DNA of 64,000 nt from Desulfobacterales bacterium (GCA_963668645.2 CAXXWC010000006.1:32001-96000), one strand, 5' to 3'. Numbered from the stretch's first letter, positions 10,818-20,838 are shown. A program made the numbers and translations. The notes: a model not told the origin generated them from the sequence alone.

Positions 10818-11432
10818 ATGCCTTTCTGGCTCCAGCTTGTGCTCTTGCCCATCGGGGCCTATCTGCTCGCATCGATCCCCTTCGGCCTTGTGCTGACGGC
10901 CTGTTTCGCCCGCACCGATGTACGCCGCCACGGCAGCGGCAACATCGGCGCCACCAACGTGCGGCGGGTGGCCGGAAACCGGATCGCGGCCGCAACCCTC
11001 TTGGCCGACGTGGCCAAGGGCGCGATTCCCGTTCTGGCCGCCTCGGCGATTTTCGACCCTGCCTCAGGCTTGGGTGCCGGCTACGCCGGGATGGTCGCCC
11101 TGGCCGCCCTGGCCGGCCATCTTTTTCCGCTCTATCTGGGATTTCGCACCGGCGGCAAGGGAGTGGCCACCGCCATCGGCGCTTTTCTTTTCCTGGCGCC
11201 GGCCGCCATGGGCCTCGCCCTGCTGGTCTTTTTGCTGCTTTTCTGCATCAGCGACCGGGTCTCGGTGGGTTCCCTGGGAGCCTTTCTCATCCTACCGGCC
11301 TTGATTCACCTGACCGGCAAGCCGCCGGCCCTCACTGCCTGGAGCCTGGCGGCCGCGGCCGTTATCCTGTGGGCCCACCGGGCCAATCTGGAGCGATTGT
11401 GGCGCGGCGCGGAGCCGCGAAGCGGAATTTAA
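10818..11432 (+). CDS. plsY: Glycerol-3-phosphate acyltransferase PlsY
   Basis: GSGNIGATNVRR, GGKGVAT, HRANL motifs. Confidence 0.93.
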   Translation: MPFWLQLVLLPIGAYLLASIPFGLVLTACFARTDVRRHGSGNIGATNVRRVAGNRIAAATLLADVAKGAIPVLAASAIFDPASGLGAGYAGMVALAALAGHLFPLYLGFRTGGKGVATAIGAFLFLAPAAMGLALLVFLLLFCISDRVSVGSLGAFLILPALIHLTGKPPALTAWSLAAAAVILWAHRANLERLWRGAEPRSGI

Positions 11433-11437
11433 CCGGA

Positions 11438-12253
11438 TCAACCCAGGGCCACATCCAGAATCATCATCACCGAAAAACCGGCCATGGTCGCCATGGTGAC
11501 AAAATCGATATTGGCTTCGCGCCGCTGGGATTCGGGAATCAATTCCTCCACCACCACGAAAATCATCGCGCCGGCGGCAAAACAGAGGGCATAGGGCAGG
11601 ATGTTTTGCATGTAGACGACGAAGGCCGCACCGAAAACCCCGGCAATCGGTTCAACCAGGCCGGATGCCTGGCCCATCAGAAAGCTTTTGGTCCGATCCA
11701 TCCCCTCGCGTCTCAACGGCAGGGATACGGCGGCGCCCTCCGGAAAGTTCTGGATGCCGATGCCGATGGCCAGGGCGATGGCGCCGCCGAGCGAGGCAGA
11801 AGAAAGATTGGCGGCCGCGGCCCCGAAAGCGACCCCCACGGCAAGGCCTTCGGGGATGTTGTGAAGGGTGATGGCCAGCACCAGCAACGTGCTGCGCTGC
11901 CATGAGGTCTTTATCCCCTCACTTTGGTCCATATCCAGGCCGAAATGCAGATGCGGCAGAAATCGGTCCGTCAGCCTCATGAAGATTCCGCCACCCATGA
12001 ATCCGATCAGCGCCGTCAACCAGGGCCTGTGACCGAGCTGTTCGGCCATTTCCAGGCCCGGCGCCAGCAGGGACCAGAAGCTGGCCGCGATCATGACGCC
12101 GGCGGCAAAACCGAGCATGGCGTCCAGCAGCTTGGGCTTTACCGTCCTGGTGAGAAAGACGAGCGCGGCGCCTGCCGCTGTCAGGCCCCATGTAAAGAGG
12201 GTAGCGATCAGCGCCTGCATGATCGGACTGAATTGCTGGATGAAATCACTCAT
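11438..12253 (-). CDS. ZIP (GufA/ZupT)-family metal transporter
   Basis: Start MSDFIQQ; TLHNIPEGLAVG, QNFPEG, VVEELIPE. Confidence 0.9.
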   Translation of the reverse strand: MSDFIQQFSPIMQALIATLFTWGLTAAGAALVFLTRTVKPKLLDAMLGFAAGVMIAASFWSLLAPGLEMAEQLGHRPWLTALIGFMGGGIFMRLTDRFLPHLHFGLDMDQSEGIKTSWQRSTLLVLAITLHNIPEGLAVGVAFGAAAANLSSASLGGAIALAIGIGIQNFPEGAAVSLPLRREGMDRTKSFLMGQASGLVEPIAGVFGAAFVVYMQNILPYALCFAAGAMIFVVVEELIPESQRREANIDFVTMATMAGFSVMMILDVALG

Positions 12254-12459
12254 ATCCTGCCCCCCTGCAAACCCTTGTTTCAGGTTGCAGCGCAAGCACC
12301 GTGCGGAGCGAACACTTATCTTGCGCCGCTGGCCATTCGCACAACCTGAAAGCCATTCGTGTTCAAGTTTCTTAAAAATAGAGTACGTTGTTGATTTTAT
12401 CAATTTATTTGCCGTAGAGTAAAAATGTCTGGAGACTGGACAATTTTCGGCGGAACGAT

Positions 12460-14559
12460 ATGCGCTACGAGGAACTGGTCGAGGCGGCCTGGCCCGTAGT
12501 GGGCCAAGAAACCGGGCTGGCCGCAGCCGCGGCAATGCTCGGCGCGGCACACTGCGGCGGGCTGATCGTGACCGACGGCGGGGGGGCGCCGGCCGGGATT
12601 CTGACCGCCCGGGAAATCAGCGCCGCCATCGGCACCGGGGCCGCACCGACCGACCCGGTGGCCGGTCATACCTGCACCGACTTTACGATGGTCGAGGCCC
12701 ACGCCACGGCGGATCTGGCGGCCGGGGATAGCGCCTATCGCGTGGTGCAAAAGGCCGGCATCCTTATCGGCGCCATCGACATCCAACGCCAGACGGCCGG
12801 GCTGCGGGCCGAACACATCACCTTGCTGCGGCGTCTGAGCCTTTTCCTGGACGCCATCTACAACCCGATTATCGCCATCGATACCGGCGGCAAGATCATC
12901 TTCTGCAACAGAGCCATGGCCGCCATCGCCGGCGGTGCATCCGACGATCTGGTCGGACGCCGCATCGACGATATCTTCCTCGACTCCCAGCTGACGCGCA
13001 TCATCCAGACGGGCCGGATCGAATCGGCCCGTAAGGTGCGCCGCGGCGAGCGGGTCTATATGACCAACCGCACGCCCATCCGGGTGGGAAAGCAGATCAT
13101 CGGCGCCGTGGCGGTGCTCCAGGACATCTCGGAACTCGAAAGCATCTCCAGCGAGTTGTCCCACACCCAAAAGATCACCCAGGAACTGGACGCCATCATC
13201 GAATCGTCGGCCGACGGCATCTATGTCACCGACGGCGAAGGGTGCACCATCCGGGTCAACCGCGCTTACGAACGGATCACCGGCATCGACCGCACCCAGG
13301 TGCTCGGCCTTACCATGGGCCAGCTCGTCGACGCCGGGTTTTACAACGAGTCGGTCACGCTGCGGGTCCTGGAAAGCCGCCGGGCCGAGACCCTGATCCA
13401 GAAAGTCAAGACCGGCAAGACCGTCATGGTGACCGGCACCCCGTTTTTCGACGCCGACGGCGATATCACCCTGGTGGTGACCAACGTGCGCGACGTGACC
13501 GAGCTGTACCGGCTGCAGCAGGAAATCGAGCGCATGGAAGTGCTCCACAGCCGCTACGAGACCGAACTGGGCAAGCTGCGCGGCGCGGTCTACGCATCGC
13601 AGAGGGTGGTGATCCGCTCAAGGCAGATGCACGCGCTGCACGAACTGGCACTGCGCCTGGCGCGGGTGGACGCCACGATCCTGATCTCGGGCGAATCGGG
13701 CACGGGCAAGGAAATCTTTGTCGACCTGGTGCATACCAACAGCCCCAGGGCTGCCAAGCCGCTGGTAAAGATCTGCTGCGCGGCCATCCCGGAAAACCTG
13801 CTCGAGTCCGAGCTGTTCGGATATGCGGCCGGGGCCTTCACCGGTGCCAGCGCCAAGGGCAAGGCCGGATACCTGGAAACGGCCCAGGGCGGAACCGTGC
13901 TTCTCGACGAAGTGGGCGAGATGCCCCTGGGCATCCAGGCCAAGCTGCTGCGGGTGCTGCAGGAAAAAATAGTGGTCCGCCTGGGCAGCGGGGAGCCGAT
14001 TCCGGTGGATGTCCGCATCGTGGCCGCCACCAACCGGGATCTGGCCGGAATGGTCCGAAAAGGGCAGTTCCGCCGGGATCTTTTCTTCCGCCTCAACGTC
14101 GTACCGGTGGTGATCCCCCCTTTGCGCGAACGCAAGGAGGCGATTATCGACCTGACCCGCCATTTCCTGGACAAATACAACCGCAAGTACGGTTTCCACC
14201 GCCAACTGGATCCGGCGGTCATGGGGGCCTTGCACGAGTACAACTGGCCGGGGAACGTGCGCGAGCTGGAAAACGTGCTGGAACGGCTGGTGGTCACCGC
14301 CCGCACGGACACCGTGACCATCGAGGACCTTTCGGTGGATATTCGCACCGCTATGGGGCAGGCCTGCGACCGCGAAAGCAGCTGGAGCGGAAAGCCCCTC
14401 AAGACAGCGTTATCTGAAGTCGAACAGGAGATCCTGCGCCAGGCCCTGACCCGTCACGGCAGCACCCACCGGGCCGCCCGCGCCCTGGGGGTCAACCAGT
14501 CCACCGTGGTGCGCAAGCTGCGGCGCTATGGACTGGAAGCCGGAGAACTCCCACAGTGA
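12460..14559 (+). CDS. Sigma-54 enhancer-binding protein with PAS domains and TyrR-like HTH
   Basis: GESGTGKE, ESELFGY, GAFTGA, WPGNVRELEN; HTH AARALGVNQSTVVRKL. Confidence 0.92.
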   Translation: MRYEELVEAAWPVVGQETGLAAAAAMLGAAHCGGLIVTDGGGAPAGILTAREISAAIGTGAAPTDPVAGHTCTDFTMVEAHATADLAAGDSAYRVVQKAGILIGAIDIQRQTAGLRAEHITLLRRLSLFLDAIYNPIIAIDTGGKIIFCNRAMAAIAGGASDDLVGRRIDDIFLDSQLTRIIQTGRIESARKVRRGERVYMTNRTPIRVGKQIIGAVAVLQDISELESISSELSHTQKITQELDAIIESSADGIYVTDGEGCTIRVNRAYERITGIDRTQVLGLTMGQLVDAGFYNESVTLRVLESRRAETLIQKVKTGKTVMVTGTPFFDADGDITLVVTNVRDVTELYRLQQEIERMEVLHSRYETELGKLRGAVYASQRVVIRSRQMHALHELALRLARVDATILISGESGTGKEIFVDLVHTNSPRAAKPLVKICCAAIPENLLESELFGYAAGAFTGASAKGKAGYLETAQGGTVLLDEVGEMPLGIQAKLLRVLQEKIVVRLGSGEPIPVDVRIVAATNRDLAGMVRKGQFRRDLFFRLNVVPVVIPPLRERKEAIIDLTRHFLDKYNRKYGFHRQLDPAVMGALHEYNWPGNVRELENVLERLVVTARTDTVTIEDLSVDIRTAMGQACDRESSWSGKPLKTALSEVEQEILRQALTRHGSTHRAARALGVNQSTVVRKLRRYGLEAGELPQ

Positions 14560-14567
14560 CCCCCGCA

Positions 14568-14597
14568 ATGCACGAACGCATCAATGCGTTGGTGCAT
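14568..14597. promoter_or_regulatory. Putative enhancer (UAS) for the adjacent activator
   Basis: ATGCA-N4-CGCAT (14568-14581) and ATGCG-N4-TGCAT (14584-14597), a 13/14 inverted pair. Confidence 0.55.
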
Positions 14598-14834
14598 CGG
14601 CCTAGTTTACTTCACGATATAACAAATAGATACCCTTGTTGTTAGTTAGACTTGATGCCCGGGAGCATCACTTCCCGCCCTGATCCACCGCCTCGCCCCT
14701 GCGGTCCCTTCGCCCGTTTTGACCCCGCCGGTTTTTTTATGTGCCTGCATTTCATTCTTTTCCCTTGCTTTACAACCGGTTGCTCGATTCCAAGCCGCCG
14801 CCCGCGCCGCGTTGCCGCCGTGGCAGCCGGCAGT

Positions 14835-14851
14835 TTGGCATTGGCCTTGCT
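14835..14851 (+). promoter_or_regulatory. Sigma-54 -24/-12 promoter of the abfD operon
   Basis: TTGGCATTGGCCTTGCT fits TGGCA-N6-TTGC, about 90 bp upstream of abfD. Confidence 0.8.
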
Positions 14852-14941
14852 TTTTAAAAACGTTCAACAGGATCGGCCGGACCTGAGAGACTTCGAACCG
14901 CAAGCGGAACGCCAACAAAGCTTTCATAGGAGATCTTTGCC

Positions 14942-16396
14942 ATGACCATGATGAACGGCCAGCAATACGAGGAGAGCCTGCGTAAGCTGAATCTCAAGGT
15001 TTTCATGTTCGGCAAGCGCGTGGAAAACGTGGTGGACGACCCGATCATCCGCCCGTCGATGAACGCCGTTAAACTGACCTACGAACTGGCACACCGGCCC
15101 GAACACGAGGATCTGATGGTGGCGACCTCGCATATTTCCGGGCAGCGCATCAACCGTTTCACTCACATTCACCAGTCCGTTGCCGACCTGGTCAGGAAAA
15201 GCAAGATGGGCCGGCTGCTCGGATCGCTGACCGGCTGTTGCTTCCAGCGTTGCGTGGGCATGGATGCGCTAAACGCCCTTTCCATCGTCACCTACGACAT
15301 GGACCAGAAGTACGGCAGTTCCTACTATAAGCGCTTCCTTAATTATCTGGCCTATGTACAGGAGCACGACCTGACCTGCGACGGCGCCATGACCGATCCC
15401 AAGGGCGACCGTTCCCTGCCGCCGAACCAGCAGGCCGATCCGGATCTGTTTGTGCACATCGTCGAAGAGCGCAAGGAAGGGATTGTCGTGCGCGGTGCCA
15501 AGGCCCACCAGACCGGCGCGGTCAACTCCCACGAAATCATCGTCATGCCGACCATCGCCATGCGCGCGGGCGACGAGGACTTTGCCGTGAGCTTCGCCCT
15601 GCCGGCCGACGCCGAGGGGATCACCTACATCATGGGCCGCCAGTCCTGCGATACCCGCAAGACCGAAGCGGGCAACATCGATCGGGGCAACATCCTTTAC
15701 GGCGGGCACGAGGCCCTGGTGGTCTTCGACGACGTCTTCGTGCCCTGGGAGCGCGTCTTCATGTGCCGCGAGATCGATTTTGCAGGCCGGCTGGTGGAGC
15801 AGTTCGCTTCCTACCACCGGCAAAGCTACGCCTGCAAGGTGGGGGTGGGCGACGTGCTCATCGGTGCGGCCCAATGCATGGCAGATTACAACGGGGCACA
15901 GAAAGCCTCCCACGTCAAGGACAAGATCATCGAGATGAACCATCTCAACGAGACCCTCTACTGCGGGTGCATCGCCTGCGCCTCCGAGGGGCACGCCGAA
16001 CCGTCGGGAACCTACGCCGTCGACACCCTGCTGGCCAACGTGCACAAGCAGAACGTCACCCGTTTTCCCTACCAGATCGCCCGCATCGCCCAGGACATCG
16101 CCGGCGGTTTGATGGTGACGCTCCCCTCGGAGGCCGACTTCCGTTCGCCCGAGGTCGGCCCCTATATGGAAAAGTATTACCGCGGCGTGGCCGCCGTGCC
16201 CACCGAGCACCGCATGCGCATGCTGCGTCTGGTGGAAAACCTGACGCTGGGCACCGCCGCGGTGGGCTACCTCACCGAGTCGATGCACGGAGCCGGCTCG
16301 CCCCAGGCCCAGCGCATCATGATCGCCCGCCAGGTGAACATGGCCGCAAAGATCAAAACCGCCAAGAACCTCTGCGGCATCGTCGAGGACGAATGA
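14942..16396 (+). CDS. abfD: 4-hydroxybutyryl-CoA dehydratase/vinylacetyl-CoA isomerase
   Basis: CFQRCVGMD, GAMTDPKGDRS, GAKAHQTG, YHRQSYACKVG, ESMHGAGSPQAQ. Confidence 0.92.
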   Translation: MTMMNGQQYEESLRKLNLKVFMFGKRVENVVDDPIIRPSMNAVKLTYELAHRPEHEDLMVATSHISGQRINRFTHIHQSVADLVRKSKMGRLLGSLTGCCFQRCVGMDALNALSIVTYDMDQKYGSSYYKRFLNYLAYVQEHDLTCDGAMTDPKGDRSLPPNQQADPDLFVHIVEERKEGIVVRGAKAHQTGAVNSHEIIVMPTIAMRAGDEDFAVSFALPADAEGITYIMGRQSCDTRKTEAGNIDRGNILYGGHEALVVFDDVFVPWERVFMCREIDFAGRLVEQFASYHRQSYACKVGVGDVLIGAAQCMADYNGAQKASHVKDKIIEMNHLNETLYCGCIACASEGHAEPSGTYAVDTLLANVHKQNVTRFPYQIARIAQDIAGGLMVTLPSEADFRSPEVGPYMEKYYRGVAAVPTEHRMRMLRLVENLTLGTAAVGYLTESMHGAGSPQAQRIMIARQVNMAAKIKTAKNLCGIVEDE

Positions 16397-16653
16397 CGCC
16401 GCGCCGGCTGGGACTGAAATACTGCGGCGGCTGCCAACCGCGTTACGACCGCACGGCCGCCGTGGCACGACTGGCCCGGCGCCTGGCCGGACGGATCGTC
16501 CTGGTTGCCTGGGACGATCCGCTGGCCGAATCGGTTCTGGTGGTCTGCGGCTGCGACGTGTCCTGCGCTGATGTGGCGGCCATCGACAAGCCCCTGGTGT
16601 GGGTTTCCAGCGCCGCGCAGGCCGACGCAATCACATGGAAGGAGATGCCATGA
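16393..16653 (+). CDS. Small Cys-rich hypothetical protein (KYCGGC...CGC..SC)
   Basis: ATGA overlaps with both abfD and the downstream CoA transferase; CxxC motif. Confidence 0.75.
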   Translation: MTPRRLGLKYCGGCQPRYDRTAAVARLARRLAGRIVLVAWDDPLAESVLVVCGCDVSCADVAAIDKPLVWVSSAAQADAITWKEMP

Positions 16654-17951
16654 GCTGGAAGCAAATCTACAAAAGCCGACTCACCTCCGCACGCGAGGCC
16701 GTGGCGCAGATCCGCTCCGGCGATCGGGTGGTGGTGGGGCATGCCTGCGGTTCGCCCGAGACGCTGCTCAAAGCGATGACGAAAAACCGCATGGCCTATG
16801 AAAAGGTTGAACTGGTCCACATGGTCTCCATGGGACCGAGCGAATACTGCCTGCCGGAAAACGGGCGCCATTTCGTCCACAACTCCCTTTTTGCCGGGGC
16901 CACCAGCCGGGCGGCCATCGACGAAGGGCGCGCCGAGTTCACCCCCTGCCACTTTTCCCAGATTCCCCTGCTTTTCAAGGAAGATATCCTTCCGGTGGAC
17001 GTCTGTTTGTGCATGCTCTCGCCTCCGGACGAGCACGGTTTTTGTTCTTTCGGCATTTCGGTGGACTATACCAAACCGGCCGCCGAGTGCGCCAAGACGG
17101 TCATCGCCCAGGTCACGCCCCACATGCCCCGCACCCTGGGCGACGCATTCATCCACGTGTCGCGCATCCACCACATCGTCGAGTGCGACGACAAACCCAT
17201 CGTCCTCAATCCGCCGAAAATCGGCGCCGTAGACGAGGCCATCGGCAGCCACTGCGCCGAACTGATCCGTGACGGCGACGTGCTACAGCTCGGCATCGGC
17301 GCGCTGCCCGACGCCATCCTCGGCTTTCTTAAAAACAAGCGCGACCTGGGGGTCCACACCGAGATGTTCTCCGACGGGGTCGTCGACTTGGTCGAAGCGG
17401 GTGTGGTCACCGGGGCGCGCAAAAACTTCCACCCCGGACGCATGGTGGCCACTTTTTTTATGGGCACCGAAAAACTTTACAGCTTCGTACACAACAACCC
17501 GTTGGTAGAAATGCATACGGTGGACTACACCAACGACCCGTACATCGTCGGCCGCAACGACAACATGGTTTCGATCAACTCGGCCCTGCAGGTCGATTTC
17601 AGCGGCCAGGTGGTCGCGGACACCATCGGGCTGCGCCAGTATTCCGGCAGCGGGGGCCAGGTCGACTTCGTGCGCGGTGCGGCTTTTTCCAAGGGGGGCC
17701 GCTCGATCCTCGCCTTCCAATCCACCGCAGCCAAAGGAAAGCTGTCGCGCATCCTGCCCGTGACCGACGCCGGGTCCTGCGTGACGACCCTGCGCACCGA
17801 TGCCGACTACATCGTCACCGAATACGGGGTGGCCCGGATGCGGGGTAAAACCGTGTCCCAGCGGGCCAGTGCCCTGATTGAAATCGCTCATCCGGATTTC
17901 CGTGAAGACCTGAAAAGCGCGTACCGCAAACGTTTCGGACGGGAGTTCTAA
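16650..17951 (+). CDS. cat2: 4-hydroxybutyrate CoA-transferase (acetyl-CoA hydrolase/transferase family)
   Basis: LQLGIGALPDA, HTEMFSDG, GSGGQVDFVRGA, VTEYGVA; adjacent to abfD. Confidence 0.85.
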   Translation: MSWKQIYKSRLTSAREAVAQIRSGDRVVVGHACGSPETLLKAMTKNRMAYEKVELVHMVSMGPSEYCLPENGRHFVHNSLFAGATSRAAIDEGRAEFTPCHFSQIPLLFKEDILPVDVCLCMLSPPDEHGFCSFGISVDYTKPAAECAKTVIAQVTPHMPRTLGDAFIHVSRIHHIVECDDKPIVLNPPKIGAVDEAIGSHCAELIRDGDVLQLGIGALPDAILGFLKNKRDLGVHTEMFSDGVVDLVEAGVVTGARKNFHPGRMVATFFMGTEKLYSFVHNNPLVEMHTVDYTNDPYIVGRNDNMVSINSALQVDFSGQVVADTIGLRQYSGSGGQVDFVRGAAFSKGGRSILAFQSTAAKGKLSRILPVTDAGSCVTTLRTDADYIVTEYGVARMRGKTVSQRASALIEIAHPDFREDLKSAYRKRFGREF

Positions 17952-18011
17952 CTGCCGGTAACCGGGCGGCCTCAACGGCCGTCCCACGACTACCAGAAAA
18001 GGAGTCCCTTT

Positions 18012-19490
18012 ATGAGAAAGGAAAGACCCTACGGGGGTGTACAGCCCGGAATCCCACTCGTCGGCCCGCTGACGCTGCGCATCCCCGGGATTCACTACCG
18101 CTTCGAGTGGGCAGACTACATCCAGGGGTTGTTGATGTGCACGGTCTGCCTGTCGATCATACCGGTGCTCACCGGCAAGCTGGGCATGAGTTTCGAGGTC
18201 GCCCTGGCCATCGTCATCCTTAACGGCACCCTCTATCTGGCCCACGTCACCTTCGGCGATCCGGTGGTGCCCGGATGGGTCACGCCGGCCATCCCATTGC
18301 TCATCGCCTACGTTGAAACCTTCGATCCGGGCGTCCAGCGGATGCAGGCTCTGATCGCTTTCGAGTTCACCTTTGGCCTGTTCTGTATCATCCTCGGGGC
18401 TACCGGGCTGGCTAGAAAGTTCATCCGTCTGATTCCCAACGCCATGCAGGCCGCTGTCCTTCTCGGAGCAGGGTTCGCCGCCATCATGATCGTCTTCAAG
18501 CCCGGCGAAGGTCTCAAAAGCTTCGACTCCTACCGCTGGACCATCACCATCTGCGTGGGGTTGGCCTTCTACCTGCTCTTTTCCGAGCACTTCAAGAAGA
18601 TCCGCAAACGCAACAAGGCCCTCTGGTACCTGTCCAACCTGGGGATGATGCCGGCCCTGGCCCTGGCGATTTTCGTCGGTCCGCTGGCGGGTGAAATCCC
18701 TTGGCCCACCTATGACAGCAACATCTTCACCCGTCCGGATTTCATCGGCCTGATTCGTGACTGGACCCTCTTGGGGGCCATCCCGATGCCGCCGCTCAAG
18801 ATGTTCATTACGGGCCTGCCCATGGTGATCTCGGCCTATATAGTGGTCTTCGGCGACGTGATCCAGTCCCAGGCCCTGCTGGACGACGCCCAGAAATACC
18901 GCCCGGACGAAAATGTGAACTACGACCCGAACCGCTCGCACATCATCTTTGGCGGCCGCAATCTGATCATGAGCGTCCTCGGCCCGGATATCTCCATGTG
19001 CGGGCCGCTGTGGGCCGCCATGCAGGTGGTGGTCTGCGAGCGCTACAAGAACGGCCCGGCCGCCATGGAATCGGTCAATGGCGGCGCGGGCACATTCCGC
19101 TGGGGCACCTGGACCGGCTACTTCCTGGCGCCCATCGTCTCTTCGGTCAAGCCGATCCTGGGGGTGGGGCTGGCCTCCACGATGCTGATCCAGGGCTACG
19201 TCTCGGTGCGCGTGGGGGTGCTCAAGGCCCGCTCGTTCAACGACCTGGGCATCGCCGGGGTCGCCGGCGCCGTGGTGGCCACCCGCGGGGCGGCCTGGGG
19301 CCTGGGCACGGCCCTGGTGCTCTGCCTGCTGGTCTACCTGGGCAGCACGGTCGAGCATGCCTACATGGCCCCGGAGCCGGTGTTCCCGGGCAACTCCCCG
19401 GAAAAGATTGCCGAAGAAGTCCGCAAGCATCAGGAAGAAGCGCGGACCTTGGCCGGCAAGACCGGACAATCTCCGGCCCTTGCCAAGTAA
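18012..19490 (+). CDS. Uncharacterised polytopic membrane protein, probable permease
   Basis: 492 aa with many hydrophobic segments; AAGGAG RBS; last gene of the abfD operon. Confidence 0.75.
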   Translation: MRKERPYGGVQPGIPLVGPLTLRIPGIHYRFEWADYIQGLLMCTVCLSIIPVLTGKLGMSFEVALAIVILNGTLYLAHVTFGDPVVPGWVTPAIPLLIAYVETFDPGVQRMQALIAFEFTFGLFCIILGATGLARKFIRLIPNAMQAAVLLGAGFAAIMIVFKPGEGLKSFDSYRWTITICVGLAFYLLFSEHFKKIRKRNKALWYLSNLGMMPALALAIFVGPLAGEIPWPTYDSNIFTRPDFIGLIRDWTLLGAIPMPPLKMFITGLPMVISAYIVVFGDVIQSQALLDDAQKYRPDENVNYDPNRSHIIFGGRNLIMSVLGPDISMCGPLWAAMQVVVCERYKNGPAAMESVNGGAGTFRWGTWTGYFLAPIVSSVKPILGVGLASTMLIQGYVSVRVGVLKARSFNDLGIAGVAGAVVATRGAAWGLGTALVLCLLVYLGSTVEHAYMAPEPVFPGNSPEKIAEEVRKHQEEARTLAGKTGQSPALAK

Positions 19491-19512
19491 TCAGTAGACG
19501 ATACGAAGAACA

Positions 19513-19541
19513 GGCGGGCAGGATCAGCGATCCTGCCCGCC
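19513..19541 (+). terminator. Perfect 13-bp hairpin ending the abfD operon
   Basis: ggcgggcaggatc-agc-gatcctgcccgcc; no U-tract, so it may be a stabilising stem instead. Confidence 0.5.
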
Positions 19542-19563
19542 GCGCAGAATAGAGGAGTCGGCC

Positions 19564-20274
19564 ATGGCTTACATCGAGGGATTTCCCGGACACGACGCCG
19601 CCAGCCACACACTCCGGCGCCTGGGGCGGCTGCTGGCTTTCGCCGGCTTGATCACCGGCGTGTTTCTCCTTTCGGCCCGGGACTGGCGCGGCGAGCTGGC
19701 GGTGGTGGTGCCGACCGTGGCGGTGGTCGTCCTTTTCATGGTCGGCTCGTCACTCAAGCTGACCCCCATGGCCTGGAAGCGGCTCTTTAGAAAACACGAA
19801 TACGCCAGTCTGCTGGAGGCCGACCGGTGCATCGCCCAAGTCCTTTCAGCCCTGGACGACACCCATTTCGTCTTTCACGACCTGCGCCTGGAATTCTTTC
19901 ACTGCGATCATCTGGTCATCGGCCCCGGCGGAATCTTCGCGATCCGCCGCGCGCAGGTGGGGCATGAGGTGCGTCGCGACGGCGCCCGCCTGGCCGCGGC
20001 GGACGGCCGCCTGGCCGCCGCGGCGCGAAAGCTCTGGCAGGTTTGCCACTTTCTGGCCCTGCTGACGGAAAAAAGCTTCAAGATCCGCTGCATGCCCCAG
20101 CCGCTGTTCGTCTGCCCGCAGGGTGCGGCCGGGGCCGCAGGCAGCGCTGCGGAAGTCCCCCTGGTGGCGCTGGAGGATCTGGCGGTGCGAATCAGTGCAA
20201 AAGAGACCGCCTGGTCCGAGGATCTGCCCCGGCGCCTGGCGGCCTTCGTACACGGCCGCTATGCGGCAAGATAA
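19564..20274 (+). CDS. Membrane-anchored NERD-like domain protein
   Basis: Two N-terminal TM helices, then VFHDL...DHLVIGPGGIFAI. Confidence 0.6.
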   Translation: MAYIEGFPGHDAASHTLRRLGRLLAFAGLITGVFLLSARDWRGELAVVVPTVAVVVLFMVGSSLKLTPMAWKRLFRKHEYASLLEADRCIAQVLSALDDTHFVFHDLRLEFFHCDHLVIGPGGIFAIRRAQVGHEVRRDGARLAAADGRLAAAARKLWQVCHFLALLTEKSFKIRCMPQPLFVCPQGAAGAAGSAAEVPLVALEDLAVRISAKETAWSEDLPRRLAAFVHGRYAAR

Positions 20275-20355
20275 AAAAGAAGGCCGCCGAGACTATCGGC
20301 CTAAAGGCTCTTACAGTCCACCATCACCTGAATATTTCCCGATTTCTCAAATTTT

Positions 20356-20838
20356 CTACTCGGCCAGATCGAGCCATTTTCCGCCGGTCAGCGGCTCCAG
20401 GTCCGCCGGCCGGAGCCGGAAAACGGCAAACGGGGTGCCTGCGGCGGCCCAGATCACCGCGTAGCGCTTGAGGCCCTGGTCGAGAAAGGTTTCCAGCGGT
20501 TCGAGATGGCCGGCCGGCGGAATCCCGCCGATGGCATAGCCGACCCGTTCCTTGACAAAAACCGCGTCGGCCTTGCCCAGCTTGAGCCCGCTGGCCGCTT
20601 CGATCTTCTTGAGGCTGACGCGGTTGGCGCCCGAGGCGATCACCAGAACTGGCCGGTCGAGGCGCTTGTCGCGGAAAACAAGGGACTTGGCGATCTGGGC
20701 CACCTCACAGCCGACGCTGTCGGCGGCCTCCTGGGCGGTGCGGGTGGAACCGGGCAGTTCCTGAACTTCGAAACTAAAGCCTTTTGATGAAAGAAAGTCC
20801 TGGACCCGCCGGGCACTGTCGGTCAATTTGGATGTCAT
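20356..20838 (-). CDS. YbaK/EbsC-family aminoacyl-tRNA deacylase
   Basis: TAQEAA, QIAKSLVF, GYAIGGIPP, WAAAGTP. Confidence 0.88.
   Translation of the reverse strand: MTSKLTDSARRVQDFLSSKGFSFEVQELPGSTRTAQEAADSVGCEVAQIAKSLVFRDKRLDRPVLVIASGANRVSLKKIEAASGLKLGKADAVFVKERVGYAIGGIPPAGHLEPLETFLDQGLKRYAVIWAAAGTPFAVFRLRPADLEPLTGGKWLDLAE

Noticed and set aside
17283..19469. 728-aa minus-strand ORF (also 24114-26762 +, 30622-32145 +, 8499-10211 - and similar)
   Set aside because: Antisense shadows of well-supported genes in GC-rich DNA, with no recognisable motifs.
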